35,384 nucleotides of DNA from Fibrobacteria bacterium (lineage in GTDB: Bacteria > Fibrobacterota > Fibrobacteria > UBA11236), in NCBI GenBank assembly GCA_043732185.1, contig JAYTHY010000049.1:1-35384 (forward strand), written 5' to 3'. The notes under the pieces were generated by a model. It ran no database searches. It worked only from the letters and a program-made list of their open reading frames with translations, and was not told the DNA's origin. Below, one piece after another: positions 19,206 to 27,355 of this stretch; position 1 is the stretch's first letter; every line of letters begins with the position of its first letter. A program made the position numbers and the translations under genes.

Positions 19206-19311
19206 AAGTAATAAATTGCATTTAATCCTGAAAATGGTGGGTTGTTCTTTACATGTTAAAACAAAAAATGACCATTGGGAACAACATCCATAATGGAATA
19301 CATATCTGAGG

Positions 19312-20991
19312 CTACTCAGGAAGTTTTGTATTCAACGGGCATTCAATTAGAACATTTCGAAGTGCCGCAACGTCAATTGGTTTATGTAAAATTGCCTTCA
19401 TGCCCATTGACAAGCATCGCGTGCGTTCTTCTTCCATTACCCCAGCTGTTAAGGCATAGATTGCGGGTCTATTTTCAGGCGGAGAGTTTTTGAATATGTA
19501 TTCCGTCGCCTCAAAGCCATCCATCTCCGGCATTTGGCAATCCATCAAGATGAGGTCGTATCGTTTGGACTTCATCATTTGGAGCACCTCCAATCCATTT
19601 GCCGCCAAATCTGCGGTATAGCCAAAACTCGCAACAATTTTCATCGCTACAATTTGGTTGACTCGATTATCTTCCGCAATTAAAATGCTCATAGGTTTGA
19701 ATTCCGCTAGGCGATTTTTTGGAACCGATGCCAGATTCGCCGAATCCACTGGAATCGGTTTTAGGGGCGATTCTTCGACACCCTTTTGAGCCAGGTCTAG
19801 CTCCAGAGTAAAGAAAAAAGTGGATCCCTTGCCTTGTTCACTCTTCACCCATATCTGTCCGCCCATGCCCTCGACGAGTCCTTTGGAAATGGCCAATCCT
19901 AGTCCGGTACCCCCATATTTTCGGGATGTGGAACTGTCGACTTGTGAAAAAGACTTGAAAAGTTTGGCCTGTTCCACAATGGAAATGCCGATACCTTGAT
20001 CCCGCACTGAAAAAGTAAGCTTCACATTATGTTCAGAAATGATTTCCTTTTTAACAGCTAAAATTATTTCACCTGATGAGGAAAATTTGATGGCATTTCC
20101 CAGTAAGTTCATGAGGATTTGTGAAAGCCGAGTGGCGTCACCCACAAACCAATCAGGCGATTCACCTGTATCTATTGCAATCCGCAAATTTTTATTTTTG
20201 GCCAAGGGATCCAACACCTGCTGAACCACCTGGATAGCTGATTCCAGACTGAAGGGTTTCGCTTCAAATCCAATTTTTCCAGATTCTATTTTTGAGAAAT
20301 CAAGAATATCGTTTAGGATGGTTAGCAGGATATCGCTGCAATTTCGGATTATTCTAAGATAATCGAGGCTTTCCCGATCCTTTGTAGAATTGATAAGGAT
20401 ATTCGTAATACCGACAATACCATTCATTGGCGTACGAATTTCATGACTCATAGAGGCCAAAAATGTGGCTTTGGCTTTTAGGGCCCGCTCCAATTCTTGG
20501 TTGGTGCGGCGCAGTCGCAAGTGTGCGACAACTTGATGTCCCAGACAGCGCAATGCCGAACGTTGTTTTTCAGTCAGAACCCGGGGCTTATTGTCAATGA
20601 CGCATAGGGTCCCAACATTAATGCCCTCCATTAACTCTAAGGGAATACCGGCATAAAAAACCACATTGGGCGCATTAGTCACCAGGGGATTATCATGGAA
20701 CCGGATATCTTTCCGTGAATCCTCGATTTCAAATAATTCATTGCCAAGAATGGCATGGGCACAAAATGCCAATTCCCGTGGGGTTTCCGCTGCCGCCAAA
20801 CCATGCTTTGATTTAAACCATTGCCGTTCACCATCAATCAAACTGACAAGACAAATCGGTGTATCGCAAATTTGGGAGGCGAGCTCCGTAACGTCATCGT
20901 ACAGAAATTCTGGCTCAGTATCTAAAATACTCAGGTCCTGCAATGCTTTCAGTCGTGATTTTTCGTTTGGTGGTAATGGGGCAGATTGCAT
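19312..20991 (-). CDS. Cytoplasmic GAF-domain hybrid histidine kinase / response regulator
   Basis: GAF (ILDTEPE, RQWFKS, AFCAHAI, RFHDNPLV, FYAGIPL, GTLCVID); H-box MSHEIRTPMNG; HATPase; receiver LMDCQMPEMDG. Confidence 0.94.
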   Translation of the reverse strand: MQSAPLPPNEKSRLKALQDLSILDTEPEFLYDDVTELASQICDTPICLVSLIDGERQWFKSKHGLAAAETPRELAFCAHAILGNELFEIEDSRKDIRFHDNPLVTNAPNVVFYAGIPLELMEGINVGTLCVIDNKPRVLTEKQRSALRCLGHQVVAHLRLRRTNQELERALKAKATFLASMSHEIRTPMNGIVGITNILINSTKDRESLDYLRIIRNCSDILLTILNDILDFSKIESGKIGFEAKPFSLESAIQVVQQVLDPLAKNKNLRIAIDTGESPDWFVGDATRLSQILMNLLGNAIKFSSSGEIILAVKKEIISEHNVKLTFSVRDQGIGISIVEQAKLFKSFSQVDSSTSRKYGGTGLGLAISKGLVEGMGGQIWVKSEQGKGSTFFFTLELDLAQKGVEESPLKPIPVDSANLASVPKNRLAEFKPMSILIAEDNRVNQIVAMKIVASFGYTADLAANGLEVLQMMKSKRYDLILMDCQMPEMDGFEATEYIFKNSPPENRPAIYALTAGVMEEERTRCLSMGMKAILHKPIDVAALRNVLIECPLNTKLPE

Positions 20992-21017
20992 GAATACTCC
21001 GCGAGGGGCTTTTTCGG

Positions 21018-21026
21018 ATTATACCA
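21018..21026 (-). promoter_or_regulatory. Extended -10 promoter element TGGTATAAT for the GAF kinase
   Basis: Perfect TGnTATAAT 26 nt upstream of the ATG, which has a GGAG RBS. Confidence 0.5.
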
Positions 21027-21205
21027 CTCGAATTCTAGATGAAATGGGTCAATTAGGAAAATTTTAGGAAAGGATCATTCCTTTTCCTTGCCTCCTGCAG
21101 TGCATGTTGCACCCTTTACACACATTTTTGTGGCTGGTATTGGCTAAAAAGTCTGGTAAATGAGCGTCGATTTACACTTGTACAATCAGTATAATCTGGC
21201 GAATA

Positions 21206-21958
21206 ATGAAATACCCGGATGTCCTCAAAGCATTTGTCGTGAGATTTCCGAAAGTTTTAGGATTTTTGGAGTGGAGTGGGATAAAACGGGATTCGGAGGT
21301 TTCCACATTTTTTAAGCACGTGCACAAAGGAGACATTGTTTTTGACATTGGCGCAAATGTGGGCCGATTCACGAAACTTTTTTGCATGCTCACGGGTTCA
21401 GGTGGAAAAGTTATTGCCTTTGAACCTGTTTCAATTAACTTCAACAAGTTGACTCAGCTCGATTTTAAAAATCTAGTCGTTTATAAATTGGCACTTTCTG
21501 ATCAATCTGGAGAGTCGACGCTTTACTATCCTCCCACTGATGGCGCCCAAGCCTCCATGGTCAAACAAACATTCGGAAACTGGCGGACTAGTGTTACCGT
21601 GGGTGAAGAGATTTGCGAAATGGATTATTTGGACGGCTTGATGGAAACCAAACAATTGCCCATTCCCGATTTCATAAAAATCGATGCAGAAGGCGCTGAG
21701 CTTAGAATATTGAAGGGTGCCAACAAATTACTGATGAGCGGTTCTATAACTGTTTTTCTGGAATTGAATACGGAGACCTTGAAGTCCTTTGGAATTTCTC
21801 TGGGCCAAATTTGGGACTTATTGCACTCTTACGGGTATACAGTTTTCACTCTGGTAGCCAGAAAGTCGGCTTTCAGAGTCGAAACGCAATTGGATTTGGA
21901 ACGTGGTGTGGCACAATATTTTTCCCCCAATTTGCTGTGCCAAAAAACAAAAAAGTAG
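21206..21958 (+). CDS. FkbM family methyltransferase
   Basis: VFDIGANVG, VIAFEP, ALSD, PDFIKIDAEGAELRILKGA. Confidence 0.92.
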   Translation: MKYPDVLKAFVVRFPKVLGFLEWSGIKRDSEVSTFFKHVHKGDIVFDIGANVGRFTKLFCMLTGSGGKVIAFEPVSINFNKLTQLDFKNLVVYKLALSDQSGESTLYYPPTDGAQASMVKQTFGNWRTSVTVGEEICEMDYLDGLMETKQLPIPDFIKIDAEGAELRILKGANKLLMSGSITVFLELNTETLKSFGISLGQIWDLLHSYGYTVFTLVARKSAFRVETQLDLERGVAQYFSPNLLCQKTKK

Positions 21959-21968
21959 TCTTCGCCTC

Positions 21969-24026
21969 ATGCAGTACTTATTAACTTCGGTATGCTCCTT
22001 ATTCGTTTTGGTTTTCGGTTCCGTTCCTATTGCCTGTTTTTGTGCCCAGAAAAACAATAGCGGCGTATCCTTTGAGAAGAGCGCTGGAAAGCTATTAGCC
22101 TTTTTGACATGCTGGTGTTTTATTGAAGTTTCCTTGGCCATTCTACTCGCTTGCACTGGTTTATTTTCCAACACCATTTCCGTATTGGCCCATCTTGGAT
22201 TGTTTACGGTGGGAATATTTTTATTCCTCGGTAATGGCGGTGTGCTCCTGAGTTTGAGAGACAATACAAGCAATATTAAAATCTCGAAAGTGACCTGGAT
22301 TCTTATCATTCTGTTTTCATTCACTTCACTTCGTTTTTTGTGGAACACGGTTATCTGGCCAACCGTGGAAATCGATTCTCTGAGCTACCACCTTCCTTTG
22401 CTAGCCAAACTTGTGCAAACCGGAAAAATATCTTTCCTAAACCATTATTGGTTTCAGGAACATTATCCACGTCATTGGGAAACGCTGTGCAGCCTTTTCG
22501 CGCTACCTTTCAAAAACGACATGTTCATTCTTTTTCCCAATTTGCTGGCGCGAGTTGTGTTTGCCGTCTCCATAGTAGCCCTGGCTGTTAAGGCCGGTGT
22601 GACTGCTCATCGGGCCATGGCTTCGTCTTTTTTGATTTGCACTATACCGATTATTAATGGTCATATGGAAACCATGAATGTGGATGTACCCTTTGCAGCA
22701 TTTTTTCTGTCGGCTCTGTATTTTTCTTTAGTTTTTTCGGAAACCGGTTCCTGGTCGTACGGTTTTTTATTCGCCATGTCACTGTCCCTATTTATGGGAA
22801 TCAAAAGCACGGGAACACTTTACGGGCTACTGTTGATTGTAGCTATGGTATGGGTGCGCAAGGGAAGAGTGTTTCAAATGAATAAATTAGGTGGACTGGG
22901 TTGGGCGATAGCAGGACTGTTTCTGATTCCAGGCCTGTTTTGGTATGTATTCAATCTGGTCCGATTCGGTAATCCAATGGTTGGAGTACAAATATCCTTT
23001 GCCGGCCATGTTCTTTTTCCTGGATACTATGACCTTGCGCACTTTTCCAACTTGACCTTGCAGCATGTGTTTCATCCTCTTCGCAATGGGGATATCCAGT
23101 TTCTGTTTCATGAAATGTTTTGGGAACTGTCTTTTGGATTTCTTGCAATCGCAGTATTTGCGGTGGTTTTCCTGGTCGATTGTGTTGTCCGGTTCAAGGC
23201 TTTTATCAAGTCGCCATACTCCCCACTCTATTTCATTTTGAGCTGTGGGGCATTGCTCATTTATTACCGAACACCTTTTTCCGGCACTTACAATCCCAAT
23301 GTGAATGCTATGTCCTCGTTTGTAGGGCAAGCTTTTCGGCTAGGGTTTCCTTTCATCGGATTGGTTGCTGTTTTAGGTGCGGTTGGGATGCAAAAATTGA
23401 AAATTCCGGATGGGCTTTTAATGACGCTTGCTTTAGGGATTTATTTTATTTCGAGTAGTAATCATGGAATACCCCGTTTATTTACCAGTGCGGTAATGAT
23501 CATAGTTCTTCTATGGAAATCAGATGCTCTTACACGATTGACCAATTTTGTTATTCAAAAACGAGGATTCTTTTTGATCGTGACAGGTTTCGTTCTTCCG
23601 CTGTTGCTGCTCATCGCTTATTCCCCTCTTGAGGTGACAAGAAACAAGAATCGATTCAAGCGATCGTATGGACCCTTGGTGGATTATGTGGATCACAACT
23701 TGAAAAATGACGACGTGATCGCTTTTCCTATATCGGAAGCCAGCTATATTTTTTGTGGTTCGCATTTTTCCCATTCCGTTTTATATATCCCGTTTCTGCA
23801 TTCCGACTTTCCAGGTTGGGTCAACGCGCTTCGACAAAATAATGTGTCCATCATCGGTATAGGACCTTCCACCGTTGGAACGGAATATGAAACAATCCGT
23901 GCACTCTTAGCTGGTTCACCGGACACCTTCGAGCCCTTATTTGCCACAGCTCCTGGAATGGAACAAGCGCTTTTTCGGCTGAAATTGAGGACCATTGATC
24001 GGAAGCTTGAACAAACCTTACGGTAG
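21969..24026 (+). CDS. Polytopic membrane protein, GT-C (ArnT/PMT-like) glycosyltransferase-like
   Basis: Many TM segments; first-loop DSLSYHLP, YP, NVD, GIKSTG, WYVFNL..FGNP and R.GFP motifs. Starts 10 nt after the FkbM stop. Confidence 0.65.
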   Translation: MQYLLTSVCSLFVLVFGSVPIACFCAQKNNSGVSFEKSAGKLLAFLTCWCFIEVSLAILLACTGLFSNTISVLAHLGLFTVGIFLFLGNGGVLLSLRDNTSNIKISKVTWILIILFSFTSLRFLWNTVIWPTVEIDSLSYHLPLLAKLVQTGKISFLNHYWFQEHYPRHWETLCSLFALPFKNDMFILFPNLLARVVFAVSIVALAVKAGVTAHRAMASSFLICTIPIINGHMETMNVDVPFAAFFLSALYFSLVFSETGSWSYGFLFAMSLSLFMGIKSTGTLYGLLLIVAMVWVRKGRVFQMNKLGGLGWAIAGLFLIPGLFWYVFNLVRFGNPMVGVQISFAGHVLFPGYYDLAHFSNLTLQHVFHPLRNGDIQFLFHEMFWELSFGFLAIAVFAVVFLVDCVVRFKAFIKSPYSPLYFILSCGALLIYYRTPFSGTYNPNVNAMSSFVGQAFRLGFPFIGLVAVLGAVGMQKLKIPDGLLMTLALGIYFISSSNHGIPRLFTSAVMIIVLLWKSDALTRLTNFVIQKRGFFLIVTGFVLPLLLLIAYSPLEVTRNKNRFKRSYGPLVDYVDHNLKNDDVIAFPISEASYIFCGSHFSHSVLYIPFLHSDFPGWVNALRQNNVSIIGIGPSTVGTEYETIRALLAGSPDTFEPLFATAPGMEQALFRLKLRTIDRKLEQTLR

Positions 24027-24095
24027 AATTGAAATGAAAAAATTTTATGCCGGCCTTGTCCCTCTCTATGCATAATAAGTACTTTGAATGCCAGC

Positions 24096-24410
24096 ATGCT
24101 GGTATTTAGTCGGGCAACACATCCAATTATTCGAACGATGGACAAGCTCATCGCATCCGGTTTGATTGTGTATTTGATTGCAATCATTGGTGTTTTTGCT
24201 CCCATTCATAAACATGGCGATTCCCATGGCGCGCATGTCCACGCGGACTGCCAACTTTGCCAAGTCAGTTCCGAATCGGTTACGGCTTCTGTGGGCGGTT
24301 TTGAATTCAAGGCGTACCATACGTTCAGCCCTTTGCTAGTGCAGCGTCTGGAGCCCTGTCTGATTAGCCGTCATGGGTGCTCCGCTTCCCGTGGTCCGCC
24401 TTCCGTCTAA
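24096..24410 (+). CDS. DUF2946-like (CruR/CutF-like) metal-responsive leader / arrest peptide
   Basis: Hydrophobic segment, His cluster HKHGDSHGAHVH, CQLC, C-terminal SRGPPSV. Start is 24096 or 24138. Confidence 0.75.
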   Translation: MLVFSRATHPIIRTMDKLIASGLIVYLIAIIGVFAPIHKHGDSHGAHVHADCQLCQVSSESVTASVGGFEFKAYHTFSPLLVQRLEPCLISRHGCSASRGPPSV

Positions 24411-24529
24411 ATCGAGTTCAACGAAGACAGTAATCCGCGAACGCTATTCTTGGTAGCGGACGAACTGGCACTATTCAAAAATTGGATCCCTTTCAATTTC
24501 CTTCGTTCACTGTTATTCCAGGAGCTTTA

Positions 24530-25600
24530 ATGCGTAGTACGTCGTTTCGCACACAGCGACATATGCTGTTGCTGTCCCTAGCCCTCCCTTTTTGCCTTTG
24601 TGCAGGGATTACCAATCCAGACCTTTCTGCCATTGGCCAGGTGTTAGGCGGGTATACAAATGAGTCCGCCAATACGGATAAAAATGAACCCACGCTGAAA
24701 TTGGGAGAAGCAGAAATTGTTCTTGATGCCTACCTCAATCCCTTCTTTAAAGGTCTTTTGACGTTATCGGGTAATCCGGACGGCATTGGACTTGAAGAAG
24801 CCTACACCACAATGGTCAAAGGACTCCCTTGGGGACTGAGATTGAAAGCGGGCAAGTACCGATTGGGATTCGGAAAGATCAATGAGAGCCATCCCCATGC
24901 GTATCCATTTATTGCGCCACCCAGAAGTTTGGTGGCCTTGTTACCGGGAGGAGCGGATGGATTTAATGAAACCGGCATTCAGGTTTCAGAGTTGCTGCCG
25001 ACGCCGGGCGATTGGGCTTCAACGGTGAGCGTGGATTGGATCGAAGGTGCGCAGTTTCACCCAGGTCAGGATGGGTCCCATTTGGGTTGGCTAGGACGTT
25101 GGTCGAATAGTTTTCTCTTGGGTGAATCAAATGCTTTAGAGATGGGAGTTTCCGCTGCTTCTGGTGACGATTTGGTTAAGCAGAATGAAAAGGCCACGAT
25201 CTGGGGCGGTGATGCGAAAGCAAAATTCTATTTGCCTGGGGCGTCGCAAATTACACTTCAGGTTGAAGGGATACTGAACCAAGGCCATGTAGTAGACACG
25301 ACGGTTCCCGCATCTATACAAATCCAACGACAAAATCGATCTGGACTTGTGGCGCTTGCCGACTATCGGTATCACACGCAGTACAATGGAGGGATTTTAT
25401 TCGAACAATGGGAAAATCCTGGTGTTTCCTCCACGACGGACCGCGCTTATCGGGTCTTTCTTGGTTATGCCGTTCTGGAAGAAAGCACCCTACTACGACT
25501 TGTCTATGAACATTTTCAACCCGAAGTGGGCGAGGCCGTCAACACCGTGTCGCTCCAGCTTTTATTCAGCATGGGACCACACAAAGCCCATCAATTTTAA
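24530..25600 (+). CDS. Outer-membrane beta-barrel protein associated with metal (Zn-type) uptake
   Basis: GGAG RBS; signal peptide; NPDLSAIG, EAEIVL.A.LNPFF, LEEAY, FGKINESHPHAYPF; C-terminal GPHKAHQF. Confidence 0.75.
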   Translation: MRSTSFRTQRHMLLLSLALPFCLCAGITNPDLSAIGQVLGGYTNESANTDKNEPTLKLGEAEIVLDAYLNPFFKGLLTLSGNPDGIGLEEAYTTMVKGLPWGLRLKAGKYRLGFGKINESHPHAYPFIAPPRSLVALLPGGADGFNETGIQVSELLPTPGDWASTVSVDWIEGAQFHPGQDGSHLGWLGRWSNSFLLGESNALEMGVSAASGDDLVKQNEKATIWGGDAKAKFYLPGASQITLQVEGILNQGHVVDTTVPASIQIQRQNRSGLVALADYRYHTQYNGGILFEQWENPGVSSTTDRAYRVFLGYAVLEESTLLRLVYEHFQPEVGEAVNTVSLQLLFSMGPHKAHQF

Positions 25601-25636
25601 ACTTAAACCAGCCACTGGCTAACGAAAGAAATCAAA

Positions 25637-26536
25637 ATGAAAGTTGTATCTCAATGTATTATAGTCCCACTTGCATGGGTCTCTCTAGTCCTCATGCCCG
25701 TTTCAGCCAAAATAAAAATTGCGGCTTCTCTCCCGGATTTGGCTTCCATTGCCGCCACTGTGGGTGGAAGTGAGGTCGACGTTTTTTCGATTGCAAAATC
25801 CAACGCTAATCCACATTTTGTAGAAGTCCTACCCTCCTATATGATTAAAGTATCGCGCGTTGCCATTTATCTCAAGGTCGGCATGTCTCTGGACCAATGG
25901 GCAGATGCGATTATCGAAGGCTCTCGAAACGGGAATATCGATGTGGTAGACTGCTCCGTTGGAATTGATGCATTGGAAAAACCTACAGGAAAAGTGGACG
26001 CATCCATGGGTGATGTCCATCCTCAGGGAAATCCTCACTATTGGCTGGACCCGGCCAATGGGCCCGTTATTGCAGAACGCGTGCGTGCGGCATTAACAAA
26101 GGTGGATCCGGGCCATGCAACTTTATATGCCGACAACGCCAAAAAATTCTCAGAAGAAACCACCCAAAGAATGACGGATTGGAAATCCAAAATGTCTAAG
26201 ATAAATGGGTCGGCCATTATTACCTATCACTCTTCCTGGGTGTATTTCACCAAAGCATTTGGGCTTCGAATCGTTGGCTATGTGGAACCTTTTCCCGGCA
26301 TACCTCCAACAGCCAAACATTTACAAGAATTGGTGGATCGCATTAAAACCGAAAAGGCTGGAATCTTGATCCAAGAGCCTTACTATGGGGATAACGATCC
26401 GAAGTTCCTGGAACGGCAAACCGGTATCAAAGTTTTTCGGTTTACCCCTTCCTGTGAAGGCGTAGGCGCTGGAGAATATCTCAAACACTTCGATGGCATT
26501 ATCAATTCCTTGTCGAGTGCAGGGGGTAAGCAATGA
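25637..26536 (+). CDS. Metal ABC transporter substrate-binding protein (ZnuA/MntA/TroA family)
   Basis: NPHF, GDVHPQGNPHYWLDP, ITYHSSWVYF, EPFPGIPPT..HL. Confidence 0.92.
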   Translation: MKVVSQCIIVPLAWVSLVLMPVSAKIKIAASLPDLASIAATVGGSEVDVFSIAKSNANPHFVEVLPSYMIKVSRVAIYLKVGMSLDQWADAIIEGSRNGNIDVVDCSVGIDALEKPTGKVDASMGDVHPQGNPHYWLDPANGPVIAERVRAALTKVDPGHATLYADNAKKFSEETTQRMTDWKSKMSKINGSAIITYHSSWVYFTKAFGLRIVGYVEPFPGIPPTAKHLQELVDRIKTEKAGILIQEPYYGDNDPKFLERQTGIKVFRFTPSCEGVGAGEYLKHFDGIINSLSSAGGKQ

Positions 26537-27354
26537 TGATCCTTTCCTATCCCTTCACTCTTTCAGCGCTTACGCTCTGTTTGCTCTTGACGAGCGTCCT
26601 TAGTTTTTTCGGCTACCATGTGGTGCGACGAGGCGTTATTTTCGTGGACTTGGCCTTGGCGCAAGTAGCTGCCCTTGGCGCCAGTATCGGCATAATGCTG
26701 GGCTGGGGTGAGCAACATCCGACGGGTAATTTCATGTTGTCCTTGGCCTTCACCTTGCTCGGCGCCATTTTGTTTTCTTGGTTTCGCAATCGATCCAAAC
26801 TTCCCATTGAAGCCTTGATCGGCGTCACCTATGCCGGAGCCATGGCTTTTTCCTTGATAGTCCTGGAGAAAAGCGCCACCGGTTCAGAGGAACTGAAAGA
26901 AATGCTGGTCGGATCGATTTTAACTGTATCGCCATCAGCTTTGCGTTTGGCCGCAGTGTTGGCAATCGGCATTGGCGTGTTGATGTGGTTGGCTCGTAAA
27001 CCATTGTTTATGGTAACGGATGACGCCCAGGCAGCTAAAGGCAAGGGCCTAAAAATCTGGTTTTGGGATTTTCTTTTTTATACGGCATTTGGTGTCATTG
27101 TTACCTTTTCTGTGCGGGTAGCCGGAGTCTTGCTGGTTTTCGCTTTCCTAATCGTGCCCTCATTGGCTTCTATTTTGGCGCTTAATGGGACATGGCGCAG
27201 AATAGGCTTTGGTTGGGCGTTTGGCGCAGTGGGTTGCGTTTTAGGCTTAGAAGGCGCTTTGAGGTTGGACTGGTCAGCAGGACCCTGCATCGTGGCCACT
27301 TTTATTCTCTTACTAGTAGCCGTTGGGTTATTTACCAAATTGCGTGGTCGGTAA
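26533..27354 (+). CDS. Metal ABC transporter permease (ZnuB/ABC-3 family)
   Basis: HVVRRGVIFVDLALAQVAALG, EALIG, LVGSILTV, SVRVAGVLLVFAFLIVP; ATGA overlap with the binding-protein gene. Confidence 0.9.
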   Translation: MMILSYPFTLSALTLCLLLTSVLSFFGYHVVRRGVIFVDLALAQVAALGASIGIMLGWGEQHPTGNFMLSLAFTLLGAILFSWFRNRSKLPIEALIGVTYAGAMAFSLIVLEKSATGSEELKEMLVGSILTVSPSALRLAAVLAIGIGVLMWLARKPLFMVTDDAQAAKGKGLKIWFWDFLFYTAFGVIVTFSVRVAGVLLVFAFLIVPSLASILALNGTWRRIGFGWAFGAVGCVLGLEGALRLDWSAGPCIVATFILLLVAVGLFTKLRGR

Positions 27355-27355
27355 T

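Noticed and set aside
24027..24050. AT-rich TTGAAATGAAAAATTTTAT upstream of the metal leader ORF as a Zur/Fur box
   Set aside because: Poor dyad symmetry and only loose similarity to known boxes.
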